Shown here one piece after another: positions 1 through 7,315 of a DNA stretch of 32,000 bases. The DNA comes from Comamonadaceae bacterium. Its GTDB lineage: Bacteria > Pseudomonadota > Gammaproteobacteria > Burkholderiales > Burkholderiaceae_C. The stretch spans positions 52,611-84,610 of the forward strand of contig CANJQN010000009.1 in NCBI GenBank assembly GCA_947476465.1, written 5' to 3'. Position numbers and translations under genes: made by a program. How positions within the stretch are numbered: the stretch's first letter is position 1; the number at the start of each line of letters is the position of its first letter. The notes below the pieces were generated by a model. The model was given only the letters and a program-made list of their open reading frames with translations. It was not told where the DNA came from and did no database searches.

Positions 1-1
1 A

Positions 2-505
2 GGCGCGCGCGAAGCCGGGCACGAAGTGCGCATGCTGGAAGTGGCGGCGCTCGACTTTCCCCTGCTGCGCAGCCAGCGCGAATGGGAGTCTGGCAGCCTG
101 CCGCCAACGCTGGCCCAGGCGCAGCAGGACATCGGCTGGGCGCAACACCTGGTGCTGGTGTTCCCCCTGTGGCTGGGTGACATGCCGGCCTTGCTCAAGG
201 GCTTTCTGGAGCAGGTGGCGCGGCCGGGCTTTGCGTTCAGCACCGAAGGTGGCGGCCCCGCGTTTTCGCGCAAGGGCCTCACCGGCCGCTCCGCCCGCAT
301 CGTGGTCACGATGGGTATGCCCTCGCTGCTGTACCGCTGGTATTTTCGCGCGCACAGCATCAAATCACTGGAGCGCAATATCCTCGGCTTCGTCGGTATC
401 TCGCCGGTGTCGGCGACCTTGGTGGGGGCCGCGGCGCAGCTCGATGGCGACGCGGCGATGAAGCACCTGCAGGCGGTGCGAAAGCTAGGGGCGCAGGCGA
501 TCTGA
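2..505 (+). CDS. NAD(P)H dehydrogenase (quinone)-type flavodoxin-like fold protein, 5'-partial (runs off window start)
   Basis: ORF track 26..505. The same frame stays open back to nt 2 (GAREAGHEV precedes the first Met), so the N-terminus lies outside the window. HLVLVFPLWLGDMPALLKGFLEQV and GLTGRSARIVVTMG resemble the Flavodoxin_2/NQO (MdaB/KefF-like) family by eye. Confidence 0.65.
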   Translation, partial: GAREAGHEVRMLEVAALDFPLLRSQREWESGSLPPTLAQAQQDIGWAQHLVLVFPLWLGDMPALLKGFLEQVARPGFAFSTEGGGPAFSRKGLTGRSARIVVTMGMPSLLYRWYFRAHSIKSLERNILGFVGISPVSATLVGAAAQLDGDAAMKHLQAVRKLGAQAI

Positions 506-522
506 CGCGGGCGCGGCACCGA

Positions 523-1284
523 CTATGGCTTGACGTACGCGGCCCGGGTGCCGCCGTCCACAGGCAGGACGGCCCCGTTCACATACTTGGCTGCGTCGCT
601 CAAGAGAAACTGAATGACGTCAACGACGTCGTCGGGTTGGGCGACACGGCCCAGGGGCGACTTACCGGACGGCTTGTAGCCGGATGTCGAGCTCTGGCCC
701 ACGAGCGCCTGGACCATCGGCGTATTGACCGTCCCAGGGGCGACGGCATTGACGATCACGCCCGTGGGGCCCAGCTCCACGGCGAAGATGCCGGCCAGCA
801 CATGCAACGCCGCCTTGGTCGCGCCGTAGAAGCCGGATCCGACCTTTGGCCGCATACCGGCGATCGAGCCCACGAAGACCACCCGTGCCGGATCGGCCAC
901 ACTGGAGTTCTTGCGCAGCATGGGAAGCGCTTCACGCACTGACAGCCATGGCCCCTTGACGTTCACGTCCAGCATCAAGTCCAACTGGTCCGGTGTGTGG
1001 TCTTCGAGCGCGCCAATGCGGATGACGCCTGCCGAACAGATCAGCGCGTCGATCTTGTCGGTGCCATTGCGTATCGCATCAAATGCGGCCTTGACGCTGA
1101 TGGGGTCCCCGACGTTGCATACCTGCCAGGAAAGCCGGTCGCCGGCTCCGAGTTGGGTTGAATGTTGAGCCAGGGCGTCGCCCGCGACGTCAAGTGACCA
1201 GACTTGCCAGCCATCGGTGAGCAGGCGCTCTACCGTGCGCCGGCCGATGCCTGATGCGCCTCCAGTGACCACGGCTGTTTTCAT
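523..1284 (-). CDS. SDR family oxidoreductase (short-chain dehydrogenase/reductase)
   Basis: 253-aa ORF. N-terminal Rossmann motif VVTGGASGIG, catalytic YGATKAAL (YxxxK), NAVAPG segment. 42 nt downstream of the BKACE gene on the same strand. Confidence 0.85.
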   Translation of the reverse strand: MKTAVVTGGASGIGRRTVERLLTDGWQVWSLDVAGDALAQHSTQLGAGDRLSWQVCNVGDPISVKAAFDAIRNGTDKIDALICSAGVIRIGALEDHTPDQLDLMLDVNVKGPWLSVREALPMLRKNSSVADPARVVFVGSIAGMRPKVGSGFYGATKAALHVLAGIFAVELGPTGVIVNAVAPGTVNTPMVQALVGQSSTSGYKPSGKSPLGRVAQPDDVVDVIQFLLSDAAKYVNGAVLPVDGGTRAAYVKP

Positions 1285-1326
1285 GAATTGATTTGGGTGG
1301 GTTGGGTGGCGTGGCCGCGGTTCGGA

Positions 1327-2226
1327 TCAACCGATCTTGAGCAACTCGCGCGCCTGGGCGGGCGTTGCCACCTCGGCATCGAGCTCGCGAATGATTCGCG
1401 CCGCCCGCTCGACCATGGGCGCATTGCCGGGAGACAGCTGCTTGGGTGCAATGTAGAGGTTGTCTTCCAAGCCCACGCGCACGTGGCCCCCCAGCAGCAC
1501 GCTTTGCGCGACCATCGGAAACTGGTGGCGCGAGATACCGAAGGCGCTCCAGAGCGCGCCCGCCGGAATCATCTGTTTGAATGCCTGCATGGCTTCGGTC
1601 GTCGCCGGAGCCCCCCAGGGAATGCCCAGACAGAACTGCAGCCACGGCGGGTCGGCAAACAGGCCGCGCTCGTAGAGATGCCGCGCGAACGCGGCATGCC
1701 CGAGATCGAACACCTCCAGCTCAGGTTTGACACCGGCCTCGCGGATCGCCCGGGCCATGCGCTCCACTTCGGCTGGCAGATTGAGGAATGCATAGCTGCC
1801 GAAGTTCACCGTACCGACATCCAGGCTGCAGATGTCGGGGCGAAGCTCCAGCACATGTTCGATCCGTTCCTCGGACGTCGCCATGCCCCCGGTGATGCCA
1901 TTGCGGTTGGGGTCGGTCGCGTCGGGCACATAGCGGCCGCCGGCGCCGGTGGTCAGGTTGATCAGGACCTCACTGCCGCTGGCACGAATGCGCTGAACCA
2001 CCTCGCGGTATAGCGCGGGATCGCGGCTGGGTTTACCAGTGGTGGGGTGGCGTACGTGGATGTGGACGATGGCCGCGCCAGCGGCGCGGGCGGCCAGCGC
2101 TTCATTGGCGATCTGCTCGGGCGTCACCGGGACGTGCGGGCTCACGCCGGTGCTGTCGCCTCCACCGGTGAGAGCGCAGGAAATGATGACGGGTCGGCGT
2201 GTGCTCAAGGGGTGCTCCGGGTTCAT
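1327..2226 (-). CDS. BKACE family enzyme (beta-keto acid cleavage enzyme, 3-keto-5-aminohexanoate cleavage-like, DUF849)
   Basis: The ORF track gives 1327..2757 (476 aa), but the first 177 aa are Arg/Gly-rich shadow sequence overlapping the Ldh_2 gene. Met178 (nt 2226) starts MNPEHPLSTRRPVIISCALTGGGDS...IVHIHVRHPTTGKPS...LINLTTG, a typical ~300-aa BKACE. Confidence 0.85.
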   Translation of the reverse strand: MNPEHPLSTRRPVIISCALTGGGDSTGVSPHVPVTPEQIANEALAARAAGAAIVHIHVRHPTTGKPSRDPALYREVVQRIRASGSEVLINLTTGAGGRYVPDATDPNRNGITGGMATSEERIEHVLELRPDICSLDVGTVNFGSYAFLNLPAEVERMARAIREAGVKPELEVFDLGHAAFARHLYERGLFADPPWLQFCLGIPWGAPATTEAMQAFKQMIPAGALWSAFGISRHQFPMVAQSVLLGGHVRVGLEDNLYIAPKQLSPGNAPMVERAARIIRELDAEVATPAQARELLKIG

Positions 2227-2322
2227 GCTAAGTCTTGCATCGATCTCCCTGTCGACTCGATCTGGGTCATCAACGCAACTCGATTCTAGGAGCCGGTTGG
2301 TTGCATGGCTACGGGTGACGGC

Positions 2323-2337
2323 GGCAAGGTCCCTTGC
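2323..2337. repeat. GGCAAGGTC-C-CTTGC dyad (copy b of a recurrent intergenic hairpin motif)
   Basis: ggcaaggtcccttgc read directly. Lies 15-29 nt beyond the Ldh_2 stop (2352) on the transcribed minus strand. An alternative GTCCC-GCAA-GGGAC stem overlaps it. No U-tract follows. Confidence 0.3.
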
Positions 2338-2351
2338 GGGACGCGCAAAGA

Positions 2352-3461
2352 TTATCTGAAGCCCCCTCGCAGCGCCACCAGTGCCGCGTACTGCTCCACC
2401 GGAAGTTCCAAGGCATCTGCCTTCGCGCGCGAGCGCTTGAGCGCCTGCGAGCGCTCGCCCGGGTAAAGGATCTGCGGCACCCCTTCGCGCCGCTGAGATC
2501 CGCGCAAATGTTCGATGTACTCGTCCACTCGCGCGAGCATCGCGTCTCGGTCGCCGAATGCAGCCGGATCGATGACGATGAACACGCTGCTGAACTTTCC
2601 CGGCGCTGGTGCGTCGTTGCCCAGCTGCCACGCGAAATCGCCTCCTGCGAGCATCGACGTGAGCAGTCCCGCGACGAAGACCAACGCGTAGCTCTTGTGG
2701 CTGTCCCCTATGGGCACGAGGCTGCCCCTGGCCACGGTCTTGCCCTGCTGCAGCCACTGTGGGTCGACGAACTGGGATGGGTCGGTTGTCGGGTGCCCCT
2801 CGGGGTCGAGAATGAATCCAGGCGGAACCGGCTCGCCTTGCCGCGCCGCGTTCACGACCCCCTTGGCCGAGGTCTGCGTGAGCGACATGTCGGCAATGAC
2901 GGCCGGATTCCTGCCGGCGGGAATGCCCCAGCCGACCGGCGCATTACCCAGGAGTGGGGTGACACCGCCATAGGGAGCGACAAGGGGAATGCCCTGCGCC
3001 AGAATCATCGTGACCATGCCCGCCGCCACGGCCTGTTCGATGAAGGGCGTTAAAAGCTCCGCCTTCGCTTGCGCCGAGACGCAGCCGACGCCGAACTCCT
3101 GGGCCTTTCGGATCGCCAGGTGCATCGCTGCACGGCACACCAGCTTGGGACTGTCACCTTCGTCGGCGGCCACCAGCGCGGTTGCACCATGGTCGCGCAG
3201 CACGCGCACTGTGGCGGTCAGGCGCAGCTCGCCGCTGCGTGCGGCCCGGATCTGGTCGACCAGCATGGTCATCCCGCGTTCGTGATCGCCCTGTAGTGCC
3301 TTGGCGAGGTGGATATCGGCGATGAAGGCGGCGTCTTCGTCATTGGCACCCGCCTGTTGCAGCAGTGCGATGGCCAGGTCTCGCGTTTTCGCCAGAGAGA
3401 CCGTGGTCGATTCACCCTTGGCGGTCCACCACTGGCCGGCGGTGCGTGTTGATTGGCTCAT
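2352..3461 (-). CDS. Ldh_2 family (malate/L-lactate/sulfolactate/ureidoglycolate dehydrogenase type 2) oxidoreductase
   Basis: 369-aa ORF. Family-typical stretches APYGGVTPLLGNAPVGWGIP, DMSLTQTSAKGVV, GFILDPEGHPTTDP and LVPIGDSHKSYAL. The usual HSHG-like segment reads GDHERG. Confidence 0.8.
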   Translation of the reverse strand: MSQSTRTAGQWWTAKGESTTVSLAKTRDLAIALLQQAGANDEDAAFIADIHLAKALQGDHERGMTMLVDQIRAARSGELRLTATVRVLRDHGATALVAADEGDSPKLVCRAAMHLAIRKAQEFGVGCVSAQAKAELLTPFIEQAVAAGMVTMILAQGIPLVAPYGGVTPLLGNAPVGWGIPAGRNPAVIADMSLTQTSAKGVVNAARQGEPVPPGFILDPEGHPTTDPSQFVDPQWLQQGKTVARGSLVPIGDSHKSYALVFVAGLLTSMLAGGDFAWQLGNDAPAPGKFSSVFIVIDPAAFGDRDAMLARVDEYIEHLRGSQRREGVPQILYPGERSQALKRSRAKADALELPVEQYAALVALRGGFR

Positions 3462-3502
3462 GACTGTGTGTAGTAGCTATTTCCGAAGGCCATATTGGTT
3501 GG

Positions 3503-4249
3503 TCACGCAGCATGCAGTGCCTCTACCCCCGCCATGTAGCCTTCCAGGCCCGTCAAGGAGGCGAGCTGGAAAACGTGCAGGATCTCCTCGCGCGTTGCAC
3601 CCTGCGCCAGCGCACCGCGAATGTGGATGGCCAGCCCAGGCTCGAACATGTGCGTCACTGTGCAATCGATGGCGATGCAGACCAGCTCCCGTTCCTTCAG
3701 GCTCAGCGAGCCCTCCGTCCAAGAGGCCGTGGACACCTTGGACAGCGCCACGAAATAAGCGGGCATGGCGCGGACGATCGCATCGCGCTGTTCGTTCCAG
3801 AACCCGCGCGTGCGAATGAACTCCTCTTTGACCGCCTGGGTCTGCGGCGTAGGCAGCGGCAGTTCGGCGTCGGGGTGGCCGGCGGCTTGTAACTCGCGCA
3901 TCAGGACGGGCACCGCGAAGTAAAGGGCGTGGTTGGCTGCCCCGGTGATCGTCATGAGCACGTCCAGCACATCCAGTTGCGTCGCCCCTGCCTCCAGGGC
4001 GCGGCGTACGTGCCGCTCGATGCCACGGGTGTGCAGTGACGTGACGGTCCCATTCAGGGCCAGCAGCACCAGTTCCTTCATGCGCGGCGACAGCGCGCCA
4101 GGGCCCAGCGCAGCGGACCAGAAGCCTTGCGCCGCCGCGTGGATGTTCGGCGCGACACGGCGCGCATGCTCGGCGACTTCCGGTCGGCTGAAGTTCTCGT
4201 CCAGCCGGGCATGTCTGGAATCGGATGAGGCAGGGTGGGCGTTCGGCAT
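3503..4249 (-). CDS. Carboxymuconolactone decarboxylase (CMD/AhpD-like) family protein, two-repeat architecture
   Basis: ORF 3503..4309. I prefer Met21 (nt 4249), which has GGAGA 5 nt upstream. Two CMD-like repeats (KELVLLALNGTVTSLH...HVRRALEAGAT and RELVCIAIDCTVTHMF...HIRGALAQGATREEI). No AhpD-type CxxC. Confidence 0.7.
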   Translation of the reverse strand: MPNAHPASSDSRHARLDENFSRPEVAEHARRVAPNIHAAAQGFWSAALGPGALSPRMKELVLLALNGTVTSLHTRGIERHVRRALEAGATQLDVLDVLMTITGAANHALYFAVPVLMRELQAAGHPDAELPLPTPQTQAVKEEFIRTRGFWNEQRDAIVRAMPAYFVALSKVSTASWTEGSLSLKERELVCIAIDCTVTHMFEPGLAIHIRGALAQGATREEILHVFQLASLTGLEGYMAGVEALHAA

Positions 4250-4312
4250 GGGGGTCTCCGTGTTTCGAGGGTGTGTGTGCGCGGTGGCCGCGGGCAGCCG
4301 CGGCTGCAACGG

Positions 4313-4897
4313 TCAGAAATCGATCCGCTGCCACTCGCAATAGTCGTCGAAGTTGTCCAGGTCGAACGCCAGCGAGGGCCGTTGCAGAACCCGACAGGGC
4401 AAACCGTGCAGCGCCGCTTCCGCGACATGACGCAAGCGGCTGCCGACGCCGTAGTGGAAGCGGAATGGCACACCTGCGGGCAGGCACAGCGCATTGGTCC
4501 CCGACCCTGCACGGTCGGTCGCGAGCACCAGTTCCCCCGGCTTGACCAGCAGCTTCAGATCCTCCTGGCTCACCAGGGGCAGATCGCAGGCCACGATGAC
4601 GATGGGTTCGCCACGCGCCTGTGGCAAGGCCGCCACGGCCTGTGACACCGCCTCGTTCAGGCCCGGTTCGGCTTCGGCCAGGGTGGCGGTGCCCTGGGCG
4701 TGGGCCAGTCTGAGCACTTCGGGGCATCGGCTGATCACCAGCGTGCGGTCCGGGCCCGGGAAGCGGGCCGCGACCCCGAGCGTCCGCACGAAAAGCGCCA
4801 GGTTCAGCGCGCGCCGCGCGACGGCGCCCACGTGCGGTGCGAGCCGGCTCTTGCCTTGCTGCACCGGCTTGACCGGCAGTACCAGCCACGGCCTCAT
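4313..4897 (-). CDS. cofC: 2-phospho-L-lactate (or PEP / 3-phosphoglycerate) guanylyltransferase, F420 biosynthesis
   Basis: 194 aa. N-terminal LVLPVKPVQQGKSRL and GSGTNAL motifs typical of CofC/FbiD. Start overlaps the cofD stop by 4 nt (ATGA at 4894-4897). Confidence 0.8.
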   Translation of the reverse strand: MRPWLVLPVKPVQQGKSRLAPHVGAVARRALNLALFVRTLGVAARFPGPDRTLVISRCPEVLRLAHAQGTATLAEAEPGLNEAVSQAVAALPQARGEPIVIVACDLPLVSQEDLKLLVKPGELVLATDRAGSGTNALCLPAGVPFRFHYGVGSRLRHVAEAALHGLPCRVLQRPSLAFDLDNFDDYCEWQRIDF

Positions 4898-5844
4898 GGG
4901 CGGCTCCGCGGGCGACCATCAACGAAGGCGAGCAGGTCGCGGGCGAGCTGCTCGCGATGGGCATCGGTGGACATGACGGTGCCGGTGACGAGGGGGTGCA
5001 CCCCGAGTGCCGCGATCGCTTGCGCCGCCCCGGCATCGGCCGTGTCGATCACAAGCGCGTCCACCAGCCCGGCGTAGTGCCGCGCGACCTCGAGCGCGGA
5101 AGGCTCATACCCGAGCTCGCGCATGATCTTGGCGGCTGGGCCCTTGATGGCCTGGCCGCCGACGATGGGCGAAACGGCCACGACCGGCGCCGGCGCATGC
5201 TGGATCGCTTCACGGATACCGGGTATCGCCAGCATCGGCTCGATGCTGAGGTAGGGGTTGGACGGGCAGATCACGATGGCGCGCAGGCCTGGATCGCGCA
5301 GGGCCCCCAGCCATTGCGACTGCGGTTGGGCGTTCGCGGCACCACCGAAGTGCAGGCCCTTGAGTACCGGCTCGCACCGCCGCTGCACGAAGTAGTGCTG
5401 GAAGGGGAGCGCACCCTCGGATGTGTCCACCACCGTGCGCACCGAGTCGTCGGACATGGGCACGACGCGGTGGCGCACGCCCAGCGCATCGCACAGCAGG
5501 CGGGTGACTTGCGACAGCGTGCGGCCATCGGCTAGCAGCTGGGTTCGGCGCACGTGCGTGGCCAGATCGCGGTCGCCCAGGCGGAACCAGGTTTCACCCC
5601 CCAGGCCCTCCAGCGCTTGCATGAAATGCCAGGACTCGCCTGCCTGTCCCCAGCCGGTCTCTGTATTGGCCAGCCCCGCGAGGGTGTACATGACTGTGTC
5701 GAGGTCGGGGCAGACCTGCAGGCCCAGGTGCTCGAAGTCATCGCCGGTGTTGATGACCGCGAGCAGCTCGCCAGGCGCGAGCAGCCGCGCGAGGCCGTCC
5801 ACCAGCTTGGCGCCGCCCACTCCACCGGCCAATGCAACGATCAT
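4894..5844 (-). CDS. cofD: 2-phospho-L-lactate transferase (LPPG:FO transferase), F420 biosynthesis
   Basis: 316 aa. MIVALAGGVGGAKLVDGL N-terminus, INTGDDFEHLGL, ICPSNPYLSIEP: classical CofD/FbiA. GGAGA RBS upstream. Confidence 0.9.
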   Translation of the reverse strand: MIVALAGGVGGAKLVDGLARLLAPGELLAVINTGDDFEHLGLQVCPDLDTVMYTLAGLANTETGWGQAGESWHFMQALEGLGGETWFRLGDRDLATHVRRTQLLADGRTLSQVTRLLCDALGVRHRVVPMSDDSVRTVVDTSEGALPFQHYFVQRRCEPVLKGLHFGGAANAQPQSQWLGALRDPGLRAIVICPSNPYLSIEPMLAIPGIREAIQHAPAPVVAVSPIVGGQAIKGPAAKIMRELGYEPSALEVARHYAGLVDALVIDTADAGAAQAIAALGVHPLVTGTVMSTDAHREQLARDLLAFVDGRPRSRP

Positions 5845-5859
5845 GGCGTCTCCAGCCTT

Positions 5860-6633
5860 TCAGCGAAACAGGTCCGTCGCGCGTGGGCGGATGAGGTCGC
5901 GAGCGCGGCCCGTTCCGGGAACGCCGGGGACACCGCGCACCAGGATGACCGGGCGGCCTTCGCCGGCCTGGCCCATGAGGAGCGATGCCGCGGCCGCGAC
6001 CTCGTCGGCCAGCCCCACTTCAGTGACGAACAAGGGTCGGCCATGGCGGTCCGGCCGGCCGCGCAGGTCAAGCAGCGCCGGCATCCCCGAGGCGCCAATG
6101 GCAACGCCGACGGTGCCTTGGCGCCAGGCGCGGCCGTGGCTGTCGATGATCAGGACGGCAACATCCGCGCCGGTCGCCGCGCGCAGCGTCGCTCGCAAAC
6201 CGTCGCACGAAGCGTCGGGATCCAGCGGCAGCAGGAGTGCTACGCCGTCGCCCTCCTGCTCCACGTTGGATTGGTCGATGCCAGCATTGGCCATCACAAA
6301 TCCCAGTCGGTGTTCGACCACGATCACGCCCGGGCGGCAGCGCAGCACGGCATTCGACTCCCGCAGCACCAGCTCGACCAATCGCGGATCCTTGCCCGAC
6401 TGCCTGGCCAGTTCCCGTGCGCGGTCGGACGGATCCACTTCGGCCAGCGACACCATCCGCCCCTCGGCCTTGGAGACGATTTTCTGCGCGAGCACGACGA
6501 CATCGCCGTCGCGCAGCGTCTGACCAGCCGCACGCAGGCCGGCGGCGATGGCGCCACACAGGTCATCGCCCGACCGCACTTCGGGCAGGCCCGGCAGGGC
6601 CAAGAGGGACAGTTGGGCGAGGCTCGGATCCAT
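5860..6633 (-). CDS. cofE: Coenzyme F420-0:L-glutamate ligase, stand-alone ligase domain only
   Basis: 257 aa. VVLAQKIVSKAEGR, MANAGIDQSN and DSHGRAWR motifs of CofE. The length leaves no room for the C-terminal nitroreductase-like domain of actinobacterial FbiB. Confidence 0.85.
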   Translation of the reverse strand: MDPSLAQLSLLALPGLPEVRSGDDLCGAIAAGLRAAGQTLRDGDVVVLAQKIVSKAEGRMVSLAEVDPSDRARELARQSGKDPRLVELVLRESNAVLRCRPGVIVVEHRLGFVMANAGIDQSNVEQEGDGVALLLPLDPDASCDGLRATLRAATGADVAVLIIDSHGRAWRQGTVGVAIGASGMPALLDLRGRPDRHGRPLFVTEVGLADEVAAAASLLMGQAGEGRPVILVRGVPGVPGTGRARDLIRPRATDLFR

Positions 6634-6640
6634 GCCGTCG

Positions 6641-7315
6641 CTAGTCTTGCGGCAGCCCGGTCAGACGCAGCCCGGCGCCCCGCACCTTGTAGCGCATGTT
6701 CAGCGAGATCAACACGGATGTCAGCGCCTCTGCGGCGGCCGAGTTGGCGATCGGGCCGGCATGCCAGGCGCGCAGGCCCATGTCGCGTGCCAACCCGATG
6801 ACGACCTCGCGCGCCGCCGGGTCGTCGCCGCAGACGAGGACGTCGCAGTCGACGGCATGGTCGAGGTCGTGCAGGTGATGGGCCGAGACGTTCTGGAAAG
6901 CGGCGACCACGCGCACCTGCTCGCCCAGCAGCTTCTGCGCCGCGGCGACCGCCGAGCCGCCTTCGGGCAGCTGCACGCGCGCCACTTTCGGCGGCACCAA
7001 TGGCACCGTGGCATCGACCAGGATCTTTCCGCTGAGCGCCTCGCGCACGTCCAGCAGGGTTGATAGCTGCGCCGCGTGTGGCACGGTCAAGACCACCACC
7101 TGAGCGGCCGCGGCCGCCTCGCGGTTGGCCGCCGGCTCCAGGCGCAGGCCGGGGGCCGTCGTGCAGAGCCTTTCGCAGGCGGCGCGCGCCTTGACCACGT
7201 CACGGGAACCGATGAGGACGCGGTGGCCGGCCTTGGCCAAACGCAGGGCGATGCCGGTACCTTCGGCGCCGGTGCCGCCAAGGACGGCGATGGTCTGGGG
7301 TGTGGTCGTGCTCAT
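6641..7315 (-). CDS. npdG: NADPH-dependent F420 reductase
   Basis: The ORF track extends this frame to 8416, but the upstream part overlaps fbiC. The Met at 7315 gives a 224-aa protein, MSTTTPQTIAVLGGTGAEGTGIALRLAKAGHRVLIGSRD (GxGxxG), typical NpdG/Fno. Start overlaps the fbiC stop (ATGA, 7312-7315). Confidence 0.85.
   Translation of the reverse strand: MSTTTPQTIAVLGGTGAEGTGIALRLAKAGHRVLIGSRDVVKARAACERLCTTAPGLRLEPAANREAAAAAQVVVLTVPHAAQLSTLLDVREALSGKILVDATVPLVPPKVARVQLPEGGSAVAAAQKLLGEQVRVVAAFQNVSAHHLHDLDHAVDCDVLVCGDDPAAREVVIGLARDMGLRAWHAGPIANSAAAEALTSVLISLNMRYKVRGAGLRLTGLPQD

Noticed and set aside
2227-2757. N-terminal 177-aa extension of the 476-aa ORF 1327..2757
   Set aside because: It is Arg/Gly/Ala-rich low-complexity shadow sequence. 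It overlaps the well-supported Ldh_2 gene (2352..3461) on the same strand in another frame. BKACE homology begins only at the Met at 2226.
3477-5036. 519-aa minus-strand ORF spanning the CMD, cofC and cofD region
   Set aside because: It is an alternative frame of three recognisable genes. The composition (Arg/Pro/Gly/Ala runs) is typical of GC-rich shadow ORFs, with no family resemblance.
5423-6801. 366-aa and 415-aa plus-strand ORFs antisense to cofD, cofE and npdG
   Set aside because: They are antisense shadow frames of high-GC coding DNA, Ser/Arg/Pro- or Ala/Arg-rich, with no motifs. The opposite strand carries clear F420 genes.
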